IMG/VR virus record: IMGVR_UViG_3300010280_000442
Coordinates: 1-64,000 of that record
Source of the DNA: a virus
Taxonomy: Duplodnaviria > Heunggongvirae > Uroviricota > Caudoviricetes
Length of the DNA stretch: 64,000 nucleotides
Reading direction: 5' to 3' (one strand)
Shown here: positions 46,559 through 53,999 of the stretch, in pieces
Layout: every line of letters begins with the position of its first letter
Numbering within the stretch: position 1 is the first letter of the stretch
Notes under the pieces: model-generated
What the model was told of the DNA's origin: nothing
Seen by the model: only the letters and a program-made list of their open reading frames with translations
Database searches by the model: none
Made by a program: the position numbers and the translations under genes

Positions 46559-46635
46559 TTGATAATATTCCATTCTGACGGTAATATGGCTACAATGGAA
46601 AAGGGTCTCGGATTATCCGGGGCCCCCGTTTCCGT
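46559..46635 (+). ncRNA. candidate tiny plus-strand transcription unit A (TTGATA-N17-TAATAT promoter, about 40-nt transcript, hairpin)
   Basis: TTGATA 46559-46564, TAATAT 46582-46587, then GGCTACAATGGAAAAGGG, hairpin CGGATTATCCG and GGGGCCCCC, then GTTTCC. Paralogous to 50422-50496. Confidence 0.3.
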
Positions 46636-46848
46636 ATCAGCTGAAGTTTACCATATTGGCTGTCCGGCATATTTTTTTATAATCGCCTCCGCGGAAACTG
46701 ATACTGCGGGAATGCCGTACCTTCCGGTTCAGAACCCGTTTATTCATGGATATCCCCCTACGAAGCTCCCCACGGAAGCTGTATGCGCCTTTGCCTCTGA
46801 TCCAGCAGTTACGCTTTACCGCAGCCGCTCCCTGCATTGCTTTCTGCA

Positions 46849-47043
46849 TCACGTTTCCTCCCACGCCTTCTGTGCGATCCGCATCCTGTTTTTCGCTCTT
46901 GAATGCTTTTTCAGGTTTCTTTTCCAGCGGCGGATTGTTTCCGCCCTGTGATGGTTCCTTGACCATGTATACTCATCCAGCACATAGCCTCCGCCGTGTT
47001 CCATTTCCCCATAAGCGGGCATCCGCCTGTGTCCGTTTTTCAT
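46849..47043 (-). CDS. hypothetical small basic protein
   Basis: Strong RBS TAGGAGGCGG before the ATG; 64 aa, Arg/Lys/His-rich. Confidence 0.35.
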   Translation of the reverse strand: MKNGHRRMPAYGEMEHGGGYVLDEYTWSRNHHRAETIRRWKRNLKKHSRAKNRMRIAQKAWEET

Positions 47044-47178
47044 TTCCGCCTCCTATTCCGCCTGTGTCCCGTCATCCATCCGGAAGACCACCAGCCTTCC
47101 CTGTGTCCATATGAATTTTTCCAGCATCCAAAACCGCTTCTTATATTTTTCATCAATTTCGGCCGCAGGTCTGCAAAG

Positions 47179-47646
47179 TTATCCCTCCAGCCACCAGCTT
47201 TCCTTCATTGCGGCCCATTCCATCAGTTCTTTGCGTTCCGCCATGCCTGCGTCCTCCAAAGCTTCCCATGTGCCGCAGGACTCACATATGGTAATGTCCG
47301 CCCTTCGGCTGAGGGCAAGCAAGCGGTTATCCGGTGCGGCTTTTCTTCCGCACCTGGGGCAACGTGCGCCCCTGTGTCGCTTTCTCCCGATCAGTTCAAT
47401 CGTAGCCTTTGCCTCGGATTCCGCCGCGACTCTGTGGCATCTGTCCGCTCCGTAAGCCACGTTTAAGGAGCTGCCATTGTCCCATGAAACAAGCACGTTG
47501 CCAGCGTCATCGACGCCCCGGCAGGTTCCCTGCAGTCCGGCCGGCATTTTGCAGTAGGGGTCATTCATCTCATCTAAAACGAGCCGGCAGCCGCCGGGGT
47601 AATCCCGCCGAAGACGCTCCAGTTCTTTTTTATCTGCAAAAATCAT
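47179..47646 (-). CDS. DUF4314-like protein
   Basis: YPGGCRLVLDEMNDPYCKMPAGLQGTCRGVDDAGNVLVSWDNGSSLNVAYGADRC matches my recollection of the DUF4314 consensus. C-terminal Cys pairs CPRCG...CESCG. RBS GGAGGAG. Confidence 0.55.
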   Translation of the reverse strand: MIFADKKELERLRRDYPGGCRLVLDEMNDPYCKMPAGLQGTCRGVDDAGNVLVSWDNGSSLNVAYGADRCHRVAAESEAKATIELIGRKRHRGARCPRCGRKAAPDNRLLALSRRADITICESCGTWEALEDAGMAERKELMEWAAMKESWWLEG

Positions 47647-47649
47647 CGC

Positions 47650-48321
47650 TTACTCCTCCCCGTCCGTGCATTTCGTTTTTCCTTCCCGTAGCTGAAGGTA
47701 GATATTCACATACCGGTCCCGTTCTGCGCCTTCACTGCCCGCCATGCATTTCAGGTAAAAATCCTCTGCCGCTTCCCTGCTGTCGTATACCTCGGTTTTT
47801 CCATAACAGGTCACTTTGATTTCTTCTTTACCAGTCCCTCTGGTCAGGCTGCATTCGCCAAGCCTCTCAATGGCGGCCTTCCTACCAATGCTATCCGCAA
47901 GCGCCTGCTCCAAAATGTGGATCGGGAAATGAAAATCTTTATAGCCATCCTTCAGTACCTTATAGTAGGATGGGTACGGCTCCGCCAGCCTGCGGCCGTC
48001 CGCCATGATGTAGACCATCGCTGTCAGCGTTTTCGGTTCCTCGCCGTCCAGAGGGAACACCTCCACCGGCAGGTCTTTCTTGTAGTAGTAGGTGGGGAAG
48101 CCTTCATAGCGGTCAAGGTTTCTTTCGTCCCTCTCGGAAATCTCCCACACCAGAACCGGCGTGTTCTTTTTCTCATTCGGTTCGATGGTGGCATGCACCT
48201 TGAACAAGAGCTGCCAACCGTAAAGGATCGCCGTCCCCACGATCTTTGCGTCCGGAGTGCGCTCCTTCATCTGTTCCACCGAAAGGTTACTGCCGTAAGC
48301 AATGTAATATTTTTTCTCCAT
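47650..48321 (-). CDS. AIG2-like / gamma-glutamylcyclotransferase-family protein (paralogue 1)
   Basis: N-terminal YYIAYGSNLSVEQMKERTPDAKIVG (YGSNL motif) and later YEGFPTYYYKKDL. Start ATG MEKKYY with RBS AAAGGAG. Confidence 0.7.
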   Translation of the reverse strand: MEKKYYIAYGSNLSVEQMKERTPDAKIVGTAILYGWQLLFKVHATIEPNEKKNTPVLVWEISERDERNLDRYEGFPTYYYKKDLPVEVFPLDGEEPKTLTAMVYIMADGRRLAEPYPSYYKVLKDGYKDFHFPIHILEQALADSIGRKAAIERLGECSLTRGTGKEEIKVTCYGKTEVYDSREAAEDFYLKCMAGSEGAERDRYVNIYLQLREGKTKCTDGEE

Positions 48322-48344
48322 AAAACTCACGCTCCTTTGTCTTG

Positions 48345-48435
48345 TTTCCGCCGCCTTGGCGGTATGTTATTAATCACTCTTTCTGCGAATAATAGCAAGC
48401 GGATTCGCCGCCATATATCTCACAAATATGTCTGG
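48345..48435 (-). promoter_or_regulatory. conserved early-promoter unit, subfamily with ATTAAT -10
   Basis: GGTATGTTATTAATCACTCTTTCTGCGAATAATAGCAAGCGGATTCGCCGCCATATATCTCACAAATATG; shares AGAGTGATTAATA-CATACCGCC with the copy at 51695. Confidence 0.45.
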
Positions 48436-48450
48436 CCCGTTTTGTGCAGT

Positions 48451-48996
48451 TTACAGCCTCTGGAATTCCCGGATATATGCTTTCGCCGCTTTGACGCCGA
48501 TGCTGTCCGAAAGCCCTTTATCAAGGATTTCCACGTCAAATCCCCAATGGGCATATCCGTCGTCCAGCAGCCTGTAGTATTCCATCCCCGGTTCCCCAAG
48601 CAGCCGTTCCTCATGCAGGACATACGCCATGCACTGCTTCTGCCCCTTCAGTCTGCCGCCCCGCAGCGTGGTAACAGGAAGCTGGAAATAACGCTTATAA
48701 TAATACTTGGGATAGCCTTCATACCGGTTCAGCAGGGCCTCATCGAATTCGCTGATTTTGTACACCAACACCGGCACATAGCAGTTGGCGTCCTGCTCGA
48801 TAGTGGCGTAAAACCCGGATTTACTCTTTTTGAACAGGAGCCGGTAGCCATGGATTTTGGCTGTGCCGGCCACCTGCGCGTCCGGGCAGCGGACGGACAT
48901 CCGTTCCAGCGACAGGTTGCTTCCATAGGCAAGGTAAAACAGGCTGGGTTTGCGGGAAGGGCCGCCGCAAAGTTCAAAACGTTTCCAATCAGGCAT
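48451..48996 (-). CDS. AIG2-like / gamma-glutamylcyclotransferase-family protein (paralogue 2)
   Basis: LFYLAYGSNLSLERMSVRCPDAQVAG and YEGYPKYYYKRYF. Start at ATG MPDWKRF with RBS AAGGAAGG; overlaps the stop of the upstream 85-aa ORF. Confidence 0.65.
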   Translation of the reverse strand: MPDWKRFELCGGPSRKPSLFYLAYGSNLSLERMSVRCPDAQVAGTAKIHGYRLLFKKSKSGFYATIEQDANCYVPVLVYKISEFDEALLNRYEGYPKYYYKRYFQLPVTTLRGGRLKGQKQCMAYVLHEERLLGEPGMEYYRLLDDGYAHWGFDVEILDKGLSDSIGVKAAKAYIREFQRL

Positions 48997-49246
48997 CCCT
49001 CTCACCGCCTTCCTTAATCTCCTCTGCTTCAAACTCCACATCCACGAAATCCTCCGCCTCAAGGATGATCTGGCTGTTATGCCACCAGTCGCTGACGGTC
49101 TGCACCGCGTCATCCACAGTGGACTCCTTCAATTCCGACTCATGGACGAGGACCTTCCGTTTGAGGGTTTCGGTGATCGTAACCTGAAAGGTTCTGCCTG
49201 ACGGCTGTGTCTGGTTTTCGATGTTCTGGTTTTTATTATTTTTCAT
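48989..49246 (-). CDS. hypothetical small acidic protein, translationally coupled to GGCT paralogue 2
   Basis: RBS GAAGGAGG; 85 aa. Confidence 0.4.
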   Translation of the reverse strand: MKNNKNQNIENQTQPSGRTFQVTITETLKRKVLVHESELKESTVDDAVQTVSDWWHNSQIILEAEDFVDVEFEAEEIKEGGERDA

Positions 49247-49325
49247 GGTGTCTACCTCCTTCTCCTACCACCTAAAGGGCGGTTGCCCGCCCGGAGGATT
49301 CCCGTTTCCGTTTTAGGTGGTGGGG

Positions 49326-50270
49326 TTATGCCATCCTGTTCCGCCATGCGCTGTTGCCTTCCATATTGGCGAGGAAGAAGTCCCTTGCCGTTTTGAACTC
49401 GTCCCCGATGAATCCCAGCCGGAGCATCCAGCACCGGAATGCGTAGGCTTCGTTTTCCGTCTGCTGGGGCTTAGGGCTTGCGAACCGCACCTGCTTAGCA
49501 AGCTGGCTGATTGCGAGGCAAAGCTGGATCATCGCTTTCAGCTGGCCAGCGTGCATGCCGTTCTGTTTTCCGTCCGCCGGTGCGTCGAATTGGAAAAGCC
49601 GGAATTCGATTGTGCCTTTGGTAAAGGTTGCGTGGAGGTTGGTCATGTGATAGCGGCTGTCGTTGTAGTGATGAGTCCTGCCATATTCGCATCCCTGGCT
49701 CTTGTACCAGACATCCGCAAGGGCTTCCATGGTCTTGGGCTTCTTTTTGTTGACCTGCTCCAGGAATCTTGGGTCAACCGTGCGGCAGTATCTGCTCTGG
49801 CGGCCTCGGTCTACTTTGATCGCTTTGGCAATCTGTGTTTCATGCGCCGCCATGATGTTCACCAGGTTTCGAATGGTCTGCGGGGTGTGTCCTTTCGCTC
49901 CGATGTGAATGTGGACTCCACAGCCTCTGGAGGCGTCACTCTTCATTCCGCTTTTGCGAAGGGTACGAATAAGCCCCTGCAGAAGCTCCATATCCTCGTA
50001 GGTAAGGATTGGGGTAACCATCTCGCATTTCTGGCTGTCTGGTCCGCTGATGCTCACATCCCTCTGGAATTTCCATTCCCGGCCCTGCTGGTCCCATGCG
50101 CTGTAGGTTTCGTATCCATTGCGGCGGGCGGTGTACTCACTCCGGTAGGTTCCAAAGTAAGCGGCGGCTTTCTCAGCTGCTTTCTGGCGGGTAATATTGT
50201 TGCCCTCGACCTCCACTCCGAAGGTCTGTTTCTTCATGTTCTCAATCTGGATTCTGGTGCTTTCTTTCAT
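49326..50270 (-). CDS. putative amidoligase (Amidoligase_2-like, glutamine-synthetase-related fold), paralogue 1
   Basis: My assignment rests on shared C-terminal block FRCWMLRLGFIGDEFKTARDFF (compare RIWLVRIGMDGDEFKKTRKIL in the neighbour) and on the neighbourhood with AIG2 cyclotransferases, which Pfam describes for Amidoligase_2 in Firmicutes. Start ATG MKESTRIQ with RBS AAAGGAGA. Confidence 0.55.
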   Translation of the reverse strand: MKESTRIQIENMKKQTFGVEVEGNNITRQKAAEKAAAYFGTYRSEYTARRNGYETYSAWDQQGREWKFQRDVSISGPDSQKCEMVTPILTYEDMELLQGLIRTLRKSGMKSDASRGCGVHIHIGAKGHTPQTIRNLVNIMAAHETQIAKAIKVDRGRQSRYCRTVDPRFLEQVNKKKPKTMEALADVWYKSQGCEYGRTHHYNDSRYHMTNLHATFTKGTIEFRLFQFDAPADGKQNGMHAGQLKAMIQLCLAISQLAKQVRFASPKPQQTENEAYAFRCWMLRLGFIGDEFKTARDFFLANMEGNSAWRNRMA

Positions 50271-50309
50271 GGTCTTTATCTCCTTTTCCTTGTCGGTCGT
50301 CGTTTTCCC

Positions 50310-50395
50310 TTTCGGTATGTGCATATTACCGTCAGGTGCCGACTATATCAAGTTAATTCGGAGCCATAATGTACACAAACATTTCAGCAAAAGAT
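50310..50395 (-). promoter_or_regulatory. conserved early-promoter unit copy
   Basis: GTGCATATTACCGTCAGGTGCCGACTATATCAAGTTAATTCGGAGCCATAATGTACACAAACATTTC. Confidence 0.45.
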
Positions 50396-50421
50396 TGTGT
50401 ACATTACGGGAGAAAAGACCG

Positions 50422-50496
50422 TTGATAAATGTGCGTTTCAGAGCTAATATGGCTATAATGGAAGAGGGGGCTCTTAATTTTGCGGCCCCCATTTTC
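50422..50496 (+). ncRNA. candidate tiny plus-strand transcription unit B (TTGATA-N17-TAATAT, about 40-nt transcript, intrinsic terminator)
   Basis: TTGATA 50422-50427, TAATAT 50445-50450, GGCTATAATGGAAGA, hairpin GGGGGC (50466-50471) ... GCCCCC (50485-50490) then ATTTT. Confidence 0.35.
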
Positions 50497-50499
50497 GGT

Positions 50500-51663
50500 T
50501 CAAAGCGCCGCTTCTACTTCTGCGGTTCCTGCCGTGTCCACAGTGGCTTCCAAAGACTGCGACGGCTCTCCGGGTTCCATACTCCCGGTCTGTGCCTGCC
50601 CCGACGCAGCTTCTTCCTTCGCCGCCTTCAGCGCGTCCCGTTTCTTCTGATTTTTAATCCTTGCCTTTTCCGCATCTGCCGGAGTGCGGAAAGCGGTGTG
50701 TCCGCCGAGGTTCTCCATCAGGATTTTCCGGGTCTTCTTGAACTCGTCACCGTCCATGCCGATCCGCACCAGCCAAATCCTCATGGCGTATTTCTCATTG
50801 GTATCATCCACAGCTTTTGCCTGGATGCGCTTCTGGTTCAGCGCCTGCTCATTCATCAGAACCGCAAGATGTCCGTAGGCGGTCAGATGCTCCATATCGG
50901 GGGCCTCGCCAAAACCAGTAAACCGAAGTTCCTCCGGGGTGATGGTCAGGCCGTAGAGGCTCTTGCCATGCTGTGTTTCATAATCCCCAACCATCTTGAG
51001 GAAATTCGCCCTGCTGAAAGTGCAGGAGTCATCCTTAAGCGTCTCCACCAGTTCCTCATCCACACTGAAATGGCCTCCGGTCGCTTTGTTGATCAGTGCG
51101 CCGCGGCTGTAGATCAGGTTGATAAGGTTGCGGAGGGATGTTCCCGTATGCCTGCCTATCGAAATAGGGAATGCCATGTTCATGTCGATGGCGTCCGCCT
51201 GTGCCGCGGCTTCCTCTTCAATCTCCTGCTGATACTCAGCGTCGGAAACCGTGTCTTCCGCTTCGTCCTCCACAGCCGCTTCCATCGGCTCTGCCCCACT
51301 CTCCGTTTCCGGCTCTGTGTCTGTCTCCGCCTGCTGCTGGCCTTCCGGCTCCGTCCCTACCGTTTCCTCTGGCACGGCGCTGTCGGCGGCAGTTCCTACC
51401 GTCACCTCAATCGGCCCTGCCTGGGCTTCCTCGCTTACGATCTCTCCGTCTCCGATCAGCCCTTCTTCCATAAGGGTCTTCAGGATAGCCTCATCCGCTT
51501 TGTTCTCATCAATAAAAAGGTCGCCGCTGCGGTCAATCAGGTAGTCGCCGACTTCGTATGCGTACAGCGGCGCCCGCGTGTACATAGGATGGATACCGGT
51601 CAGCTCTCCCAGCCTTTTTGCCAGGATCCTTCTCTCGTTTACGTTCTTTTTAAATTTCAGCAT
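50500..51663 (-). CDS. amidoligase-like protein, paralogue 2 (divergent, with acidic low-complexity insert)
   Basis: Shares the C-terminal YAMRIWLVRIGMDGDEFKKTRKILMENLGG block with 49326-50270. Central E/A/T-rich region. RBS GAAAGGGG. Confidence 0.5.
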   Translation of the reverse strand: MLKFKKNVNERRILAKRLGELTGIHPMYTRAPLYAYEVGDYLIDRSGDLFIDENKADEAILKTLMEEGLIGDGEIVSEEAQAGPIEVTVGTAADSAVPEETVGTEPEGQQQAETDTEPETESGAEPMEAAVEDEAEDTVSDAEYQQEIEEEAAAQADAIDMNMAFPISIGRHTGTSLRNLINLIYSRGALINKATGGHFSVDEELVETLKDDSCTFSRANFLKMVGDYETQHGKSLYGLTITPEELRFTGFGEAPDMEHLTAYGHLAVLMNEQALNQKRIQAKAVDDTNEKYAMRIWLVRIGMDGDEFKKTRKILMENLGGHTAFRTPADAEKARIKNQKKRDALKAAKEEAASGQAQTGSMEPGEPSQSLEATVDTAGTAEVEAAL

Positions 51664-51694
51664 CGTATATTGCCCCTTTCTGTCCCGCCCGCTT

Positions 51695-51790
51695 TTTCTT
51701 TGTCCTCCGGCGGTATGGTATTAATCACTCTTTTATCGGAAAATAGCAAGTCAATTCCGCGATAATTATCAGAACCTACCTATTGCACAA
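51695..51790 (-). promoter_or_regulatory. conserved early-promoter unit, ATTAAT -10 subfamily
   Basis: GGTATGGTATTAATCACTCTTTTATCGGAAAATAGCAAGTCAATTCCGCG. Confidence 0.45.
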
Positions 51791-51902
51791 ATTCCTTCGG
51801 CACTGGCTGCGCAGATTATGACGGCCAGCCGCAATGCCCTTATGTAAGATGGCATCGGCCAGCCGGGTTATCCCAACCCAGCCGGCCAGCGCCATTCTTC
51901 AT

Positions 51903-53999
51903 TTATTCCTTTCCATCCAGTCCCGCTGCCCAAGCGATGCCGCACAGAACGAAATAGGCACAGGGGAGCGCGATCCCATTTCCCCAAAGGCGGTACTCTG
52001 CAGAATCGGAATGCGGATTCTTCAGCCATTTCCTGATTTGCTTCTCCGTCTTGGGCTTGGAAGCATGGGTAACAACTTTCCTGTGCGTCTCAAACACGTC
52101 CTTCCAGAATGCTATTACCTCATCGGTCGGCTCCTCCGTTCCAAGACCACGGCACCACCAGCCCGGAAAGCCCTGCAGCCTCGCACATTCGGTAGGCGTC
52201 AGGCGCCGCACGATGTAGTACGGCTCCTCCGTTACCACAGGCGGGTCTTTATAGTCCCTCGCCATCAACGCCGGCGTTTTGTCTTCCGTAATCTGCGTGA
52301 ATTCCCCGGTTGTCATGCAGTAGGCAACGGCATGGCGGTCCACGGTATCAAGCGTAAAGGACACATCTTCATTGACGCCGTCCCCCTGCGGCCCGTTCTT
52401 ATCCGAACGCCCGACCATGCTGCCCTGCAGGACGTAGGTCTGCTGCTTCATCCCCGGCTCTGCCGCCAGTGTGCCAGATCTGTCCCCAAGGTCACGTACC
52501 TCATTCCTTTGGTTCTGTGTAAACGCCACAATAGCGATTCCCCCTTGCGAACAGTCCGGCCGCCCGCCGTTCTGGTCAAGTGTCCTTGAGGTCTTTGCTT
52601 CATAGAAACCGGAATTGGGATTGTCCGAGAGCATCGCATGGCTGGCTTTGGAACACACTCCATAGGCTTTGACTACCAGTTCATTGCACCGGGCTTCACC
52701 CACATCAAAAGTATTCAAAGTGTTCGCCACATCCGCCTTTTTCCACTGTTGCCCTTCCTCTTTTGAGTGGGGCCGTGTTCCCTTGCAGAATGGAACAAAT
52801 ACAGTCTGGTCATTGTTACATCCGAGATTAGCAGAAAGATCAGCGGCAATCTGTGCGCCTTTCCCTCCGCCCTCACATCCGCCGCGGATTTTTAAAGTCT
52901 GGGGCGGCAGGCCGCCGTCCATAACGAGAGGCACATTGTTCCCGCCAGTGCCCATCCTGCCAGTCAGCGTCTGACACTTTTCCGGTTCCCCAATCCCAAT
53001 ACGGGAATCTGCAGGATGGTAGTCCAGCGCAATTGCGGCTGGGACAACACCGGCTCTAAGCGTCGGGGATTTTTCCTTTTCGTATCCAATGCTCCGCGCT
53101 TTTGCGCTGTGCTCCGTACAGAAGCCAGCGGCGGCGACCTCTTCCAGCACCACAGGCGGGTGGTGCGCTTCCGCCCGGAGCGTACTGGTAATGTCCTCGG
53201 ACACATCCATTCTGGCACCGCCCTGGTCATTGAGGATCAGTCTTCCCCGTCCTGTCTCATCCTCTCCGCCTGCTGCTCCAGCGCATTTTTCAAAATCTCC
53301 GGCAGTGCCTTGCCACGTGCGGAAGCCCTGCGGAGTATACCCAGACACGCTTTCCGACTTAAATAAAATCTCCGGGGCACGTCTGCCTCCAAAATCTGCG
53401 ACAAGAAAGATTCTTGCCCTTCGTTGGGGGACGGACCAATATTGAGCGTCGAGAACTCTGTATGCCACGCTCCATCCGTCTCCCAGGTAGCAGTCGGCGT
53501 AGGGCCATCCTTTTTTGTCAGGCGGAGGCACTTGGGTTCCCGGTTCTTTGACGCCGATGACCGCTTCAAGGACTGCTTTGAAGTCTTCTCCCTGATTTGA
53601 GGAGAAAGCGCCGGGGACATTCTCCCAGCAGATAAACCTTGGTTTTTCTCCATTAGTTGCACACCTCATTTCCTTCACGATTCGGATTGCTTCGTAAAAC
53701 AGGCTGGACCGTGAACCATCCAGACCGCTTCTTTTTCCGGCGATAGACATATCCTGGCATGGGCTTCCGAAGGTGATGACATCCACCGGTTCTAAATCAG
53801 CGCCATTCATTTGGGACACATCCCCGTAATGCTTCATCCATGGCAGCCGCTTTGTCGTCACACAGATGGCGAAAGGCTCAACTTCTGCCGCCCAAATCGT
53901 CGTTACTCCCGCAAGGATTCCAGCCAAAGGGAAACCCCCGGAGCCATCAAACAGGCTTCCGAGGGTAAGTCCATAAGAAAGCTGTGTCTTATTCCCCAT
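51903..53999 (-). CDS. DNA (cytosine-5)-methyltransferase, unusually long (698 aa; possibly multispecific)
   Basis: Motif I LFDGSGG, motif IV GSPCQDMS, motif VI ENV (FICWENVPG), late block RRLTPTECARLQGFP. Roughly 300 extra residues between the ENV and RRLTPTE blocks. Start ATG MGNKTQL with RBS ACGGAGGGCGG. Confidence 0.85.
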   Translation of the reverse strand: MGNKTQLSYGLTLGSLFDGSGGFPLAGILAGVTTIWAAEVEPFAICVTTKRLPWMKHYGDVSQMNGADLEPVDVITFGSPCQDMSIAGKRSGLDGSRSSLFYEAIRIVKEMRCATNGEKPRFICWENVPGAFSSNQGEDFKAVLEAVIGVKEPGTQVPPPDKKGWPYADCYLGDGWSVAYRVLDAQYWSVPQRRARIFLVADFGGRRAPEILFKSESVSGYTPQGFRTWQGTAGDFEKCAGAAGGEDETGRGRLILNDQGGARMDVSEDITSTLRAEAHHPPVVLEEVAAAGFCTEHSAKARSIGYEKEKSPTLRAGVVPAAIALDYHPADSRIGIGEPEKCQTLTGRMGTGGNNVPLVMDGGLPPQTLKIRGGCEGGGKGAQIAADLSANLGCNNDQTVFVPFCKGTRPHSKEEGQQWKKADVANTLNTFDVGEARCNELVVKAYGVCSKASHAMLSDNPNSGFYEAKTSRTLDQNGGRPDCSQGGIAIVAFTQNQRNEVRDLGDRSGTLAAEPGMKQQTYVLQGSMVGRSDKNGPQGDGVNEDVSFTLDTVDRHAVAYCMTTGEFTQITEDKTPALMARDYKDPPVVTEEPYYIVRRLTPTECARLQGFPGWWCRGLGTEEPTDEVIAFWKDVFETHRKVVTHASKPKTEKQIRKWLKNPHSDSAEYRLWGNGIALPCAYFVLCGIAWAAGLDGKE

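Noticed and set aside
46637-46966. 109-aa minus-strand basic ORF overlapping the 46849-47043 gene
   Set aside because: No RBS, overlaps a better-supported small ORF with a strong RBS, and coincides with the plus-strand mini transcription unit; judged spurious.
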